From assembly GCF_000002075.1 (NCBI RefSeq), contig NW_004797799.1, positions 299,250 through 363,249 of the forward strand: a stretch of 64,000 nucleotides of DNA, in the 5' to 3' direction. Shown here piece after piece: positions 50,199-62,068 of the stretch; the first letter of the stretch is position 1; each line of letters starts with the position of its first letter. The DNA is from Aplysia californica. Taxonomy: Eukaryota. The notes beneath the pieces are model-generated. The model had not been told where the DNA came from. It searched no databases and saw nothing but the letters and a program-made list of their open reading frames with translations. A program made the position numbers and the translations under genes.

Positions 50199-51420
50199 TA
50201 AGATATAATATAATATAATATAATATAATATTTAATATAAGATATAATATAATAAGATATAATATAATAAGATATAATATAATAAGATATAATATAATAA
50301 GATATAATATAAGATACATCTTTATTATCCAGACCCTGGCACATTCGTTTGGTGATTCACCACGTGTACACACACACACAAACACACACACACACACACA
50401 CACGCAGGCTTACAATCACATGCATCATATAAATGAGCAGCAATATAAACAATAATAATCTTAAGCTAGATACACACTCAATGTTATTCTGATGCATGCT
50501 CTAAGGTCGTAAGTATACTTATACAAGATGGTTAAGACGGAAGCATTTTGATTGATGATGGTAGAAATGACCTATATCTTTCTTTGTTACAGATCAGAAG
50601 CCTAGGTCTTTTACTTCTAACTGATGTTTTTATTTGAGGAAACAACGGATGTTTGTTGTCTAAAAAGATGGAATTAATTTTTTTAGTGCAAGCTGTTATG
50701 TACAATTTATCCAAGTAGGGGAATGTAGATGTTGAAATTTTATATGCTTTCCGAATTAGTCGATTTAATTTTTCTTTATCTTGTTGTCTTGTGTTCCCGG
50801 CCCATGCTGTTATACAAAAATTGATATTTTCTATGGTTGAATGGTAGAATATGGACATGAACGTTTTATCAACTTTGAAATACTTTAGCTTCCTTAGAAA
50901 AAATAGTCTTTTGTTCACTTTTTTATGCAGAAGAGAAGTGTGGACACCCCAGTTGAGTTTGTTGTCTATTGTAACACCCAAATTCTTATAGTCTGACACT
51001 TGCTCGATCTTTTCACATTTAATTTCGAATGGCTGCAGGGGCAGTTTCTTTAATCTAAAATCAAAAACAAGTTCTTTTGGGTTTTTTTTCACATTTAAAA
51101 GCAGCTTATGATTTTCACACCATTCAGAAAAGTTAGGTACAAAATTCCGGTAAGCGGTTTCGTTATGGTCAGCCTGAATTAGCCCAATTTTGGTTGAATC
51201 AGCTGCAAATTTTATCAACTAGATGTTATTGTTGTTTATTTGGCAATCGTTTGTGTATAATGAGAATAAAACTGGTGACAAAACGCACCTTTGAGGGGCC
51301 CCTGTATTTGTTGCGATGTATGTTGATGAGAATGTTTTAATTTTACATACTGGGTTCGCTAGTTAAGAAAATTGCCTATCCATGATATTAAATTGACTAT
51401 GGACTTATAATCTAAAGTGT
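50199..51420 (-). mobile_element. 5'-truncated CR1-group (L2 or Rex-Babar-like) LINE with 15-bp tandem tail
   Basis: GAPQRCVLSPVLFSLYTNDC...IKFAAD (catalytic FADD mutated)...KNLGVTIDNKLNW...RLFFLRKL. AATAAA at 50326-50321, then (TATATTATATCTTAT)n. Confidence 0.85.
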
Positions 51421-51613
51421 GTCTACGAAGAAGGTCACAATAACCTCCTCCCTATCAATCAAATTAATACCACAACCGTGCCTCCAGCTGCCAAAAACAA
51501 CCCCCAAAAAAGAACAAAAACTTCTCAAAACCCCAATAAGAAAGAAAAAACAAGAAAAGAAATAAAACAAAAAACACAAATACCAAAACAGACAACCAAA
51601 GCATATATCTCAC

Positions 51614-51758
51614 CAATCATGGAAGCAAATGCCAGGGAATGCAGTGTGGCTGCCAAGTTGGCCAGGGTACGTATGCCAGCTTGGATGACTGTCAAGTTGT
51701 TTGTGTGGAGTTTCATGGCCATTGCTACCAGATCTATGCTCGATTCCCTCATGGGGGG
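51614..51758 (-). CDS. Gene 2 exon, ARM-like repeat (VAMAMKLHTNNLTVIQAGIRTLANL)
   Basis: Acceptor ctgtatcag|, donor G|gtgaga, 145 nt, phase 0-1. Confidence 0.85.
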
Positions 51759-51855
51759 CTGATACAGGGAGGCACGGAGGGAGGGGTAGGGGAAGGGGGA
51801 ATGAGGACAGAGGGATGAGGAGAAAGAGTGGAGAGACAAGGATAGAGGGGATGGA

Positions 51856-51857
<2 letters not shown>

Positions 51858-51898
<41 letters not shown>

Positions 51899-52000
51899 AG
51901 AAAGAGAGAAAAAGAGAGAGAGAGAAATAAGAGGGAGAGAAAGAAAGAATGAAAAAGAGAGAAAGAAAGAAAGAGAGAGAAAGAAAGAGAGAGAAAGAGA
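51858..52000. repeat. (GA)n / GAAA tract
   Basis: Seen directly. Similar GA/GT tracts flank the gap at 54573-55499. Confidence 0.92.
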
Positions 52001-53114
52001 GGGAAGGGGTGGGGGCAAGGGGGAAGGAGGAACATTGATAATACTTATTAATTTAATAATCTCATAGCCTTGTCCATTTAAAAAGCATAAATGACTTCTT
52101 TTGTTTTAGTATGAGTTTTATGGCACTTGCAACACAATAAGGTCATACAAGTGCCGAAGAGAAGTGTTACAAGAGAGTAACAAACACAAAAAAAGCAGGA
52201 GGGATAGAGACGATAGATTTTGATAGGAAAGAAGAAGCAAACCACACCAGAGCAGCTGCCAACCACCCACATAAATGACTTCATTGACTCACATGTCAAC
52301 CCTCTATACTCAATCATCTCACTTCTGTTTCTCCGCCCCTTTTGCTCTTACACTTTGAAGAGGAGAAAGTCAGCCAAAAAAAAGGAATGAAGTGTGTTCT
52401 CACCAGGTGAAACCAAGCCCCAGACATGATCAGGCTGACAGAGAGGGAAGAGTAATTGGAAAACAGTAAAAGAAATTAAGAGAGAGTGAGAGGGAGGAGA
52501 AAACTTAAAGAGAGATAGATAAAAGAGATTACACATACGAAGAAAAAAGAGGGAAGCGCATAGAGTTGATAAAATACGCTTTTTTAAAAACCTCATAAAA
52601 AGATACTGAGCGTGTGATCACCAGTTTCTGCAACAGAAATTATAAATATATGGCATTATACTATTAGAAATACTACAATCATTCACTACCCAACCCCCAC
52701 TTCCATACACACACACCCTCCCTCTTCCTCTCACTCTCCTTCAAGGCGCATAATATTTCACATTAAAGGAAATACAATACACAGGTCATTAACATGGAAT
52801 ATGAGGATGATCACAGTTTCTCATTTAAAAAATTGCAAAGTTCATCACAGAGTAGGAAAACCACCCATATTAAATACATCTCCAGACTTATATTCAACAT
52901 GACTTGCGGTGAGCTAAATTTCCTGAAAACTTTATTTGTTAGCAAAAAGGCAGGCAGATGGGTAATTAAGACACAAGAAATAAAGAGGAAATTGTCAAAG
53001 ATAGTCACCCATTGCCAAGGAGAAAAGTGGTTCTCTTAGAAAGGCTGACATCCTACACAGTGCCACTTTAATGTAAAAAGATATGAAAAGGAGGAAATGA
53101 GAAGTGCCCATTTG

Positions 53115-53287
53115 TACAGGTGATTGTCTTATACAGGTGGTTGTTTTATACAGATGGTTGTCTTACACAGGTGGTTGTCTGATACAGGTGATTGTCTTTT
53201 CAAGGTGATTGTCTAAAACAGGCAGTTGTCTTATACAGGCAGTTGTCTTATGCAGGTGATTGTCTTATACAGGTGATTGTTGTATGA
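53115..53287. repeat. 17-bp tandem array (TACAGGTGATTGTCTTA) x ~10
   Basis: Seen directly. Continues after the MITE as 54072-54099, ending GGTTTGACTG|TA. Confidence 0.88.
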
Positions 53288-53289
53288 TA

Positions 53290-54069
53290 CAGTCGAACCT
53301 GCCTTGAAGGCCATCTGTACAAACGGCCACTTTCCATTTCCCCCCCTTGCGTTTTTTCTATATAATTTAACTGTGTAAAACGGGCACCTGTCCAACGCGG
53401 CCGCAGCCACAATATTTTAACACACAACCCCTATCACACTAAGCAATAATACCTGTCTTAGACGGCCACCTGAGTGACTTCATTACGTTTTGTCATAAAT
53501 TGTGCATGGCCCCTGGCCTTATGGGCGAGCTGTCATAATTCAATACCCTGTCGTTGTTGTTAGGTAGTCCCTCCAACCGATCATGTTGCGTAGGCTCATC
53601 CCACTGTTGACCAATAGGTACCAATTTTCAGCTGCTGGTGAGGTAAGCGTGTGATCCCTCATAACTCATAAGCCCCGCTCAGAAATCATACACAAATCAT
53701 AAGTGAGATGAGTGGTCACTGTTTACCCAGTCTGTAATAAAGTAGCAATGGACGTCAACATGAACTAGTGACAGAAGCGTCGCTCGTTCTCCGAGTGGTG
53801 GCGACCCAAGAGTTTGTTTTAACAAGGCACTCAATCTTCCTCGTCTGACACATTTCGTTTTATTGTCACCCTTGCGCAAAATCAGCAACAAATAAAAATT
53901 ACAAATAAAATACAAACCAACAACAATAATGTGGCTACTTTCGATTGGGACCTCAGATGGGAATGGTTTGTTTTCTTCATCTCGATCAGTCCTGCCTAAG
54001 ACGGCCACCTGTCTTATACGGCCACTTTTCTCCTTGACAATGGGTGGCCGTCTTACACAGGTTTGACTG
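53290..54069. mobile_element. pogo/Tigger-like MITE
   Basis: TA|CAGTCGAACCTG ... CAGGTTTGACTG|TA, with repeated acggccac subterminal motifs. Confidence 0.82.
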
Positions 54070-54152
54070 TACAGGTGGCTGTTAGAGAAGGTTTGACTGT
54101 ATATTTGGTCGCAATAGCCCTACAACCTCCTATTACTATTACACTGACTGAC

Positions 54153-54359
54153 CTTCTCCAGAACACTGGGCATGAAGGTGGCCATCTTGGCAAGAATGTC
54201 CAGGCAGTTGTTCTGCACCGTCTCGTCGTCCTTGTAGACGGCCATGCTGCCCAGAACAGCGGCCGTCGTCTGGCTGGCCACCATGGTCATCACGTTGCCT
54301 GGTATGTGGCTCAGGGCGCGCAGCAGTTGGAGGCACATCAGCACTAAGAAGGCCGGGTC
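54153..54359 (-). CDS. Gene 2 exon, ARM-like repeat (AVLGSMAVYKDDETVQNNCLDILAKM)
   Basis: Acceptor ccctggcag|, donor AAG|gtcagt, 207 nt, GC3-rich codons. Confidence 0.85.
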
Positions 54360-54427
54360 CTGCCAGGGGGAAATTGTGTGAAACAATGATGGGAGAGAGG
54401 GAGAGAAAGAGCGAGGGGAGAGAGAGC

Positions 54428-54459
<32 letters not shown>

Positions 54460-55499
54460 GTGTGTGTGAGAGAGAGAAAGAGAGAGAGCGAGCGAAAGAG
54501 AGAGGGGAGGGGGGCAAAGGGGTCAGAGAGATAGAGAGACAGAGAGAGAGTGAGAGAGAGAAAGAGAGAGAGANNNNNNNNNNNNNNNNNNNNNNNNNNN
54601 NNNNNNNNNNNNNNNNNNNNNNNNNNNNNNNNNNNNNNNNNNNNNNNNNNNNNNNNNNNNNNNNNNNNNNNNNNNNNNNNNNNNNNNNNNNNNNNNNNNN
54701 NNNNNNNNNNNNNNNNNNNNNNNNNNNNNNNNNNNNNNNNNNNNNNNNNNNNNNNNNNNNNNNNNNNNNNNNNNNNNNNNNNNNNNNNNNNNNNNNNNNN
54801 NNNNNNNNNNNNNNNNNNNNNNNNNNNNNNNNNNNNNNNNNNNNNNNNNNNNNNNNNNNNNNNNNNNNNNNNNNNNNNNNNNNNNNNNNNNNNNNNNNNN
54901 NNNNNNNNNNNNNNNNNNNNNNNNNNNNNNNNNNNNNNNNNNNNNNNNNNNNNNNNNNNNNNNNNNNNNNNNNNNNNNNNNNNNNNNNNNNNNNNNNNNN
55001 NNNNNNNNNNNNNNNNNNNNNNNNNNNNNNNNNNNNNNNNNNNNNNNNNNNNNNNNNNNNNNNNNNNNNNNNNNNNNNNNNNNNNNNNNNNNNNNNNNNN
55101 NNNNNNNNNNNNNNNNNNNNNNNNNNNNNNNNNNNNNNNNNNNNNNNNNNNNNNNNNNNNNNNNNNNNNNNNNNNNNNNNNNNNNNNNNNNNNNNNNNNN
55201 NNNNNNNNNNNNNNNNNNNNNNNNNNNNNNNNNNNNNNNNNNNNNNNNNNNNNNNNNNNNNNNNNNNNNNNNNNNNNNNNNNNNNNNNNNNNNNNNNNNN
55301 NNNNNNNNNNNNNNNNNNNNNNNNNNNNNNNNNNNNNNNNNNNNNNNNNNNNNNNNNNNNNNNNNNNNNNNNNNNNNNNNNNNNNNNNNNNNNNNNNNNN
55401 NNNNNNNNNNNNNNNNNNNNNNNNNNNNNNNNNNNNNNNNNNNNNNNNNNNNNNNNNNNNNNNNNNNNNNNNNNNNNNNNNNNNNNNNNNNNNNNNNNN

Positions 55500-55539
<40 letters not shown>

Positions 55540-55565
55540 CCCCGCCCAGGGCAGTTCTCACGTAC

Positions 55566-55667
55566 CTGCATCACTTTGAAGATCCTGTCGGTAAGTTCGG
55601 TGGACATAACCACGTCTGTGTGTTGATTTATGTGCCGGGTCAGGTAGCTGGAGGCAAGACTGGCCAA
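55566..55667 (-). CDS. Gene 2 exon (LASLASSYL...FKVMQ)
   Basis: Acceptor atctcacag|, donor CAG|gtacgt, 102 nt, phase 0-0. Confidence 0.75.
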
Positions 55668-56659
55668 CTGTGAGATGACAGGGGCAGGGTGTACAGGCAA
55701 GGAGATTTGAGTTTTGATTCCGCACAACATTATATGAGAGGAGGAGATTTGAGCTTTGATACCACACACTATGAGGATGGAAGAAAATATAGGGATGTCA
55801 TGCAACAGGAGGAAGGAAATAGAAAGTATTGGGAAACCACAGTGACAGCATAAATTTTCAAGTTAGCTATAGAAACCGGTCAACCTGTGTGGACGAAGGG
55901 GCGGGGAGATGGATAAATGAAGAGAGATATAGATATATAAGAAGGGTGCAATGGGAACACCGGCGATGTCCATTTTTTTTAGCTTGTTGCGGTATTTTTT
56001 AGCCATGACCAAGCCCCAGGTTTTCACCACGTGGAAGAATCCAAAAAACCACCATAGGACGCCTCAATGCTCGCGAGAAAAAAAGTGTACGCAAGGGGAG
56101 ATCCAGCGATGTCCGACGAGTACAAAGGGAAAACGAGAGATATCAGCGCGGAGTAGAGACTTATTTTTTATTTACCCTTATCTGCCCCGACAGGCAAACA
56201 GCAGCCATTTTGAGGTCGTGTGCTTTGTTTACGCGCATTTCAAAATGGTATAGCAACAGATACCAGAGGTGACAGCAAACTCAAACGTGTGCTCGGTATG
56301 CCCGGGAAAGAACTAAAATGTTCTGAAGTGACTACTGGTGACGGAAAAAAACCCCACGGTTTATAATTTATTAATAACCCATTTCAATAGTCTCAGTACC
56401 AAAGGCCAAAAATACACCACACCAGAGACACTAAAATATAAATACTCTCTGACCACACTTGCGTTTCTCATATCAGTGGGCAACATAAAAAAACAGACGT
56501 GCTCGCCAGACTGAATATGAAACAAAACTCCACCATGATGGTCACTTCTACCCCACCAGAGAGGAAAGACGTAGAGCTGTTATTACAGTCCCCATCTGCT
56601 TCCCTGCACTTCTGCCAGTATTTTGGCATGACCAAGGCCGTCGGTATCTCGATTGTTTA

Positions 56660-56890
56660 AAAAAAATTGGAAAGCTTCATGCATAACTTTGTAAAAACCA
56701 AAAACAAACATGGAATAATCAATTAACAGTAGATAAAGATCTTTCAGCATTTCAACGCCTCTCTCTATTAATATTGTGATGATGAATATGGCATTCGTTG
56801 TTCTACTGTCAGCTGTTAACCCACATTGCATTTCTAAAACCACGGGTCTTATCATGTTTCTCATTCTAGGTCTACTTTTATTGTGTGATT
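56660..56890 (-). mobile_element. RTE reverse-transcriptase fragment
   Basis: QCGL..DSRTTNAIFIITILIERGVEMLKDLYLLLIDYS resembles RT domains 2-3 of RTE elements. Confidence 0.7.
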
Positions 56891-58356
56891 TCTTCTGTTC
56901 TTCTTTGTGTTCCCATGTTAGGTGTCAGGGGTAGTCGACTGCTGGTTTTTCCATCTGCAGTGTAACTGATTGATTTTTACGTGTGAGACTGTTTTTCCAA
57001 CGTAGTAGGGCCCCTAGTCTTCAGGCAGCCACATTCCGATTTCGAAAGTATTCTATATGATTTTATACTGACTAGAGTATTTTCAGTTTTGGCAGGAATA
57101 AATTTTAAATGTTGCCAGGGTGGCGGCCGAAGCCTACTCTAAGAACGTAAGAAAGAACAGACCACTCCATTGGGGCCATCAATCACCCAGAGGCTGACCC
57201 TCGACCCTCCCCGACCCTTAACAAGGAGATGCCGATTCAAAGAAAAACAAAAACCCCATTCCCCCTCTTCCAAAAATCAAAACATATCTCACCACATGAA
57301 CCCCCCCCCCCAAAAAAAAAAACCCCCACACAAAAACAACACAAACAAAAAAACAACAACAAAAAACAAAAACAAACAAACAAACAAAAAACAACAACAA
57401 CCAAACAAAAAACCCACCCCCAAACAAACAAAATAACAACACACACACTCACACAAACAACAACAAAACCATCAAGCATTAGTTTAAGAAGACTGAATCA
57501 ACGATCTGCGCCGTGTAGCCAGGGCAGTGACAGGTCGCTCAAGCTCTGCGCTGCCCATCAACAACACTGTCTGTTCATGCGTGAGAAGAACACTTCCCCC
57601 CTAAACTGTAACGAGGCCGGCCGGACTTCACAATTATAATTATGTTTGTGTCAGAGAGAAGCACATCGTTACGATAATGGCCATTAAGAATTGGGGAACA
57701 TCAGGGTCAATATTAGAGTATTAAATGGCGCCATCGGCACGGCTCAACCATAAATGCGCTGTGACAGAAGCTGATAGCGCGGGATAAGTAATGTTTAGCA
57801 GTAATTTAATGGATACCCCCCCCAAAAAAAAACAAAAAACTCCCCCCCCAACCCCCCCCCCCCCACAAAAAACAACAACCCCAAAACATTTCAATTTCTA
57901 CAGAATATGTAATTATAAACGTTTTTTTAAATTGAGGTACAAATAAAAGAATGTGTGCACACCTAATATATATTCTCCACCTAAACGGCGTTCTCTAAAT
58001 CTAACCCTTTGGTTAGATAAAAGACCTTTCTCGGGTCAACAACGTCAAATAAAGACCTATGTTGTAACATTAAAAATATTAACTGATACACGCTTCATAA
58101 TTCGAATCAAATCATCGTAGTAAAAGATACCGAGTGGTAAATCAGAGATCTATATTTCGTAAAATGCCCTTTATCCGTTTGAAGAAGGGATTTTCGTTAT
58201 CTGAGCGAAAACTTCGGTTGTACGAGTCTAGGCTTAGCAGATTGTTGCGGTCGTTTGTTAGGAACAGGAAAAACAATAAACATAATATACAGGAAGGTTC
58301 ATAGTAGGCATATAGTACATATCACATCACTGTTATTACACCTAGTTCATTACAAC

Positions 58357-61300
58357 ATGTGGGGGGGGGGGGCATAGTTTTACTATGTGGGGAGTAAAGA
58401 ATACACCTGCCGTGATACTGCGAGTCGTAAGAGGCGACTAAAGGTGCATAGGTCTGGCCACCCGAAAAGTGACAGTTTGCGGAGGGCCAACTACCCGACC
58501 CAGTAAACAAGGAAAGTTATATAAACACGAACAAACAAGACTTATAATTTTTCCATCTTGGGAGACGGAGGAGCTTCTGCATCTGCAGGAACAACGAAGG
58601 ACAGCGGACAAAGCCGAAAGGAGTCTTCTGAGCCGAAATCTTCTCTGTCCAACAAGTCTCTCCGGATTGCGTCGTGGAATGTTCGCACCATGTATGAAGC
58701 AGGAAAGAGCTCTCAAGTGACACAAGAGATGAAAAGATACAGGCTGCACATACTAGGAGTCCGCGAAACCCACTGGATACAGTCTGGACAGAAGCAGCTC
58801 AGCTCGGGGGAACAAATATTGTATTCTGGGAGGGAAGACAAGCACCATGCGGAGGGAGTTGGAATTATTTTGAGTACGTATGCGCAGAAGTCACTTAGAG
58901 GATGGGAACCAAAGGGGGAGAGGATCATTATGGCTTCTTTCACTACCAGAAGTAACCATGAACATAGTACAGATCTACACCCCAACAAACGATGCTTCGG
59001 ATGATGACAAGGATGCTTTTTACAGCCAGCCCCAGGGGGTCATCGACAAACTACCAAGAAAAGATGTCAACATCATAATGGGAGATGCTAATGCCAAGAT
59101 TGGTCAGGACAACGTAGGGTACGAAGGAATCATGAGACAACATGACTTGAGACAAATGAATGAGAACTGTGAGCGATTTGCAAACCTATGTGCTTTCAAG
59201 TCTTGTCACCGGAGGCTCTGTTTTTCCCCATAAGAGGATCCACAAGGCTACTTGGGTATCACCGAATGGAGTGACGGAGAACCAGATCGATCATTTTTTT
59301 TATCTCTCGTAGGTTTAGGCGTTCACTGGAAGATGTCAAAGTACAGAGAGGGGCAAAATTTGGATCGGATCATCATCTACTGTTAGCAAAACTCAAGCTT
59401 CGTCTAAAAAGCATGGAACCAGAACAGGAACCAAAAGAATGAAGTTCCAGGTAAGTCTTTTAGATGGACACAAGAAACAGGAGTTTCAACTGCAGTTGAG
59501 GAACAGATCCCAACCCTTGTCGGATCTTGGTGAGGAAGACATGGAGGTGGAGATGCACTGGACCAAGGTCAAAGAAGTCTTTACTTCAACATGTCAAGAA
59601 ATACTCGGTGAGAAGAAATTGGAGCACAAGGAATGGATTAGCCAACGGTCAATGGATTTGATTAGCATTAGAAGACAATTGAAAGCAGAGACAAATGCAA
59701 GTAGAACAAGGGGATCAAAAGCGGACGCATTGGAGCAGTACAGGACTACAGCTAAAGATATAAAGAGATCACTGAGAAAAGACAAGGAGGAATTCATGAA
59801 CAGGCTTGCAGAGAGGGCAGAGGAGGAAGCAGCAGGAGGGAACATGCCAATCCTTTACCAGACTACAAAGACTCTTTCTGGAAAATATGGGAAACCAGAA
59901 GTAACAGTAAAGGACCAAGAGGGAAAAACCATTTTTGGAAAGGAAGCTCGGTCAAGACGATGGGTAGAGCATTTAAACTGTCTCCTGAACAGACCACCAC
60001 CAAGTAACCTGCCAGCTAGAAATGAGCTACCAATCTGCTGTGATGCCCCATCGAAACAAGAGATTATGGATGCCATTAAGAAGCTGAACAACGGTAAAGC
60101 GGCCGGTCCTGATCAGTTTCCACATGAGGCCCTAAAACAGATGCCAATGTGACGGCAGACCTCCTTCTTCCATTGTTTACCACGATCTGGAATGAGAGCA
60201 AGTTCCCAAAGGATTGGAAAGAAGGACACCTTGTGAAACTACCTAAAAAGGGGGATCTAGGCAACTGCAGCAACAACTGAGGAATCACTCTTCTCTCAAT
60301 ACCAGGAAAGGTCTTCAACAGAATAACTCTGGAGAGAATCAAGTCTGCAACGGATCAAAGACTTCGGGATGAACAGGCTGGTTTTCGGAAAAATCGGCCA
60401 ACCACGGACCAGATTGCTACACTGAGGATCATAGTGGAACAGTCCCTGGAGTGGAACTCCCAGTTGATCGTCAACTTTTTTGACTATGAGAAGGCCTTTG
60501 ACAGCATAGACCGAGCAACACTAGGGAAGATCCCACAGAAGATGGTTAACCTCACCGGGAGCATGTACGAAGGGACACGTTGCAGAGTTATACATGATGG
60601 CCAGCTCACTGACAGCTTTGACATCAAGACCGGCGTGAGCCAGGGATGTTTACTATCACCTTTCCTCTTTATCTTGGTAATCGACTGGCTGATGAAGGAA
60701 ACCACCAGAGGACACAGAAACGGTATACAGGGGACCCCATGGACACAGTTGGACGATCTGGACTTTGCAGACGACTTGGCGCTTCTGTCACACACTCAGG
60801 AACAGATGCAAGCAAAGACAACGATTTTAAACAGCCTATCAGAGTCTGTCGGATAGAGGATCCACCCCGGAAAGTCGAAAGCCCTAAGGATAGATGCACT
60901 ACGAAAGGAGCAGGTCACAGTACAAGGAAATGAACTAGAAGACGTCGAATCCTTCTGCTATCTTGGGAGTATAATTGACAGAGAGGGAGGAACAGGCGCT
61001 GAAGTAAAGTCCCGCATTGGAAAGGCACAGACTGCATTTATTTCTTTGAATAGGATTTGGAGGACCAGGGATATCTCATTACGAATAAAGCTTAGAATTT
61101 TCAACTCAAATGTGAAGTCAGTCTTGTGGTATGGGTGTGAGACGTGGAACGCATCCGATACGTGCATAAAGAGGATCCAGGTTTTCTTAAATAAGTGTCT
61201 GAGGAAGCTACTGAGGATTAAATGGACAGACAGGATCACCAACGAGGAAGTATTAAGGAGAACGAGACAGAGCCCAGTCAGAGATGAGGAGGGAAGAAGA

Positions 61301-61556
61301 CGTTGGCGATGGATTGGACACACTCTCAGGAAGTCAAGCAGCTGCATAACAAGAAAAGTGTTAGATTGGAACCCATAGAGTAAAAGATCAAGGGGAAGAC
61401 CACGTGGAACCTGGAGAAGAGTCACGGAAATGGATGTACAGGAAAGGGGGAAGACGAGGAATGACATCAAGCGACTAGCCCAGGATAGGGAAAGGTGGAG
61501 AGTGTTTTTCAAGGCCTTTATCCTGATCCAGGGTGACAAAGGCAATGACGATGATG
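58357..61556 (+). mobile_element. Full-length RTE-clade LINE (APE endonuclease + RT), disrupted; antisense within a gene 2 intron
   Basis: IASWNVRTM, IIMGDANAK, NQID/SDHHL, FFDYEKAFDSI, GVSQGCLLSPFLF, LDFADD (60764-60775), RWRWIGH. Several frameshifts and stops. (GAT)n tail. Candidate TSD ATTACAAC at 58349-58356 and 61557-61564. Confidence 0.93.
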
Positions 61557-61889
61557 ATTACAACTATTAGCAGATTAAATTAGTTGGCATTTTTGTACAT
61601 TTTCAATGTCATTAACCATATTTTGTCGTAACTACTTTAATGTGCTTACAACTTTCATGAATTAAGTATTATAGCAGTGATATTATACTTGCTAAATACC
61701 TACTATGGCACCCCCCCGTATAAAACACACCGGTTTAGACAGAAGCATTTGAGGGACAGTAAAGATGTTGGATCAACTGGCCAGTGACTCCCCTCACACC
61801 TTTCCCTGGGTTTACACGGAAGCACTGTTGTACTGATGGTAAGTAAGTATACAAGTAGGTACGTGTGAGGGTTTAAATGGGTTTAACAC

Positions 61890-62068
61890 CTCGTGCAACA
61901 CTGTTAAAGTATTTAAGAGGCACGACCTACGAACTTCCCGCCCATCTTTGATAGGACCGAGCCAAATGGGTTGACAACCCTGAAAACTCGACAAATCGAC
62001 CTGTCAGAGATTCGAACCTCAGATTTCCATTCCGAAGTCCAGTATGATAACAACTGAGCCCATGGACT
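61890..62068 (-). mobile_element. tRNA-derived SINE head (different family)
   Basis: Minus strand gggctcagttg (A-box-like) ... gaggttcgaatc (B box). No complete cloverleaf. Confidence 0.45.

Noticed and set aside
53115-53287. Regular short repeats as a CRISPR-like array
   Set aside because: Head-to-tail 17-mers with no unique spacers, no cas genes, eukaryotic context.
54120-55805. Long ORFs of 350-560 aa (also 8216-8741 and 63065-63858)
   Set aside because: Artefacts of reading through N gaps and microsatellites. Only the embedded exons are credible.
55940-58300. Relatively CpG-rich intronic stretch as an alternative promoter
   Set aside because: Mixed with repeat fragments. No identifiable first exon or core promoter that I can support.
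58558-61378. RTE ORFs as an active element or domesticated gene
   Set aside because: Multiple frameshifts and in-frame stops (for example 60278, 60854, 61376).
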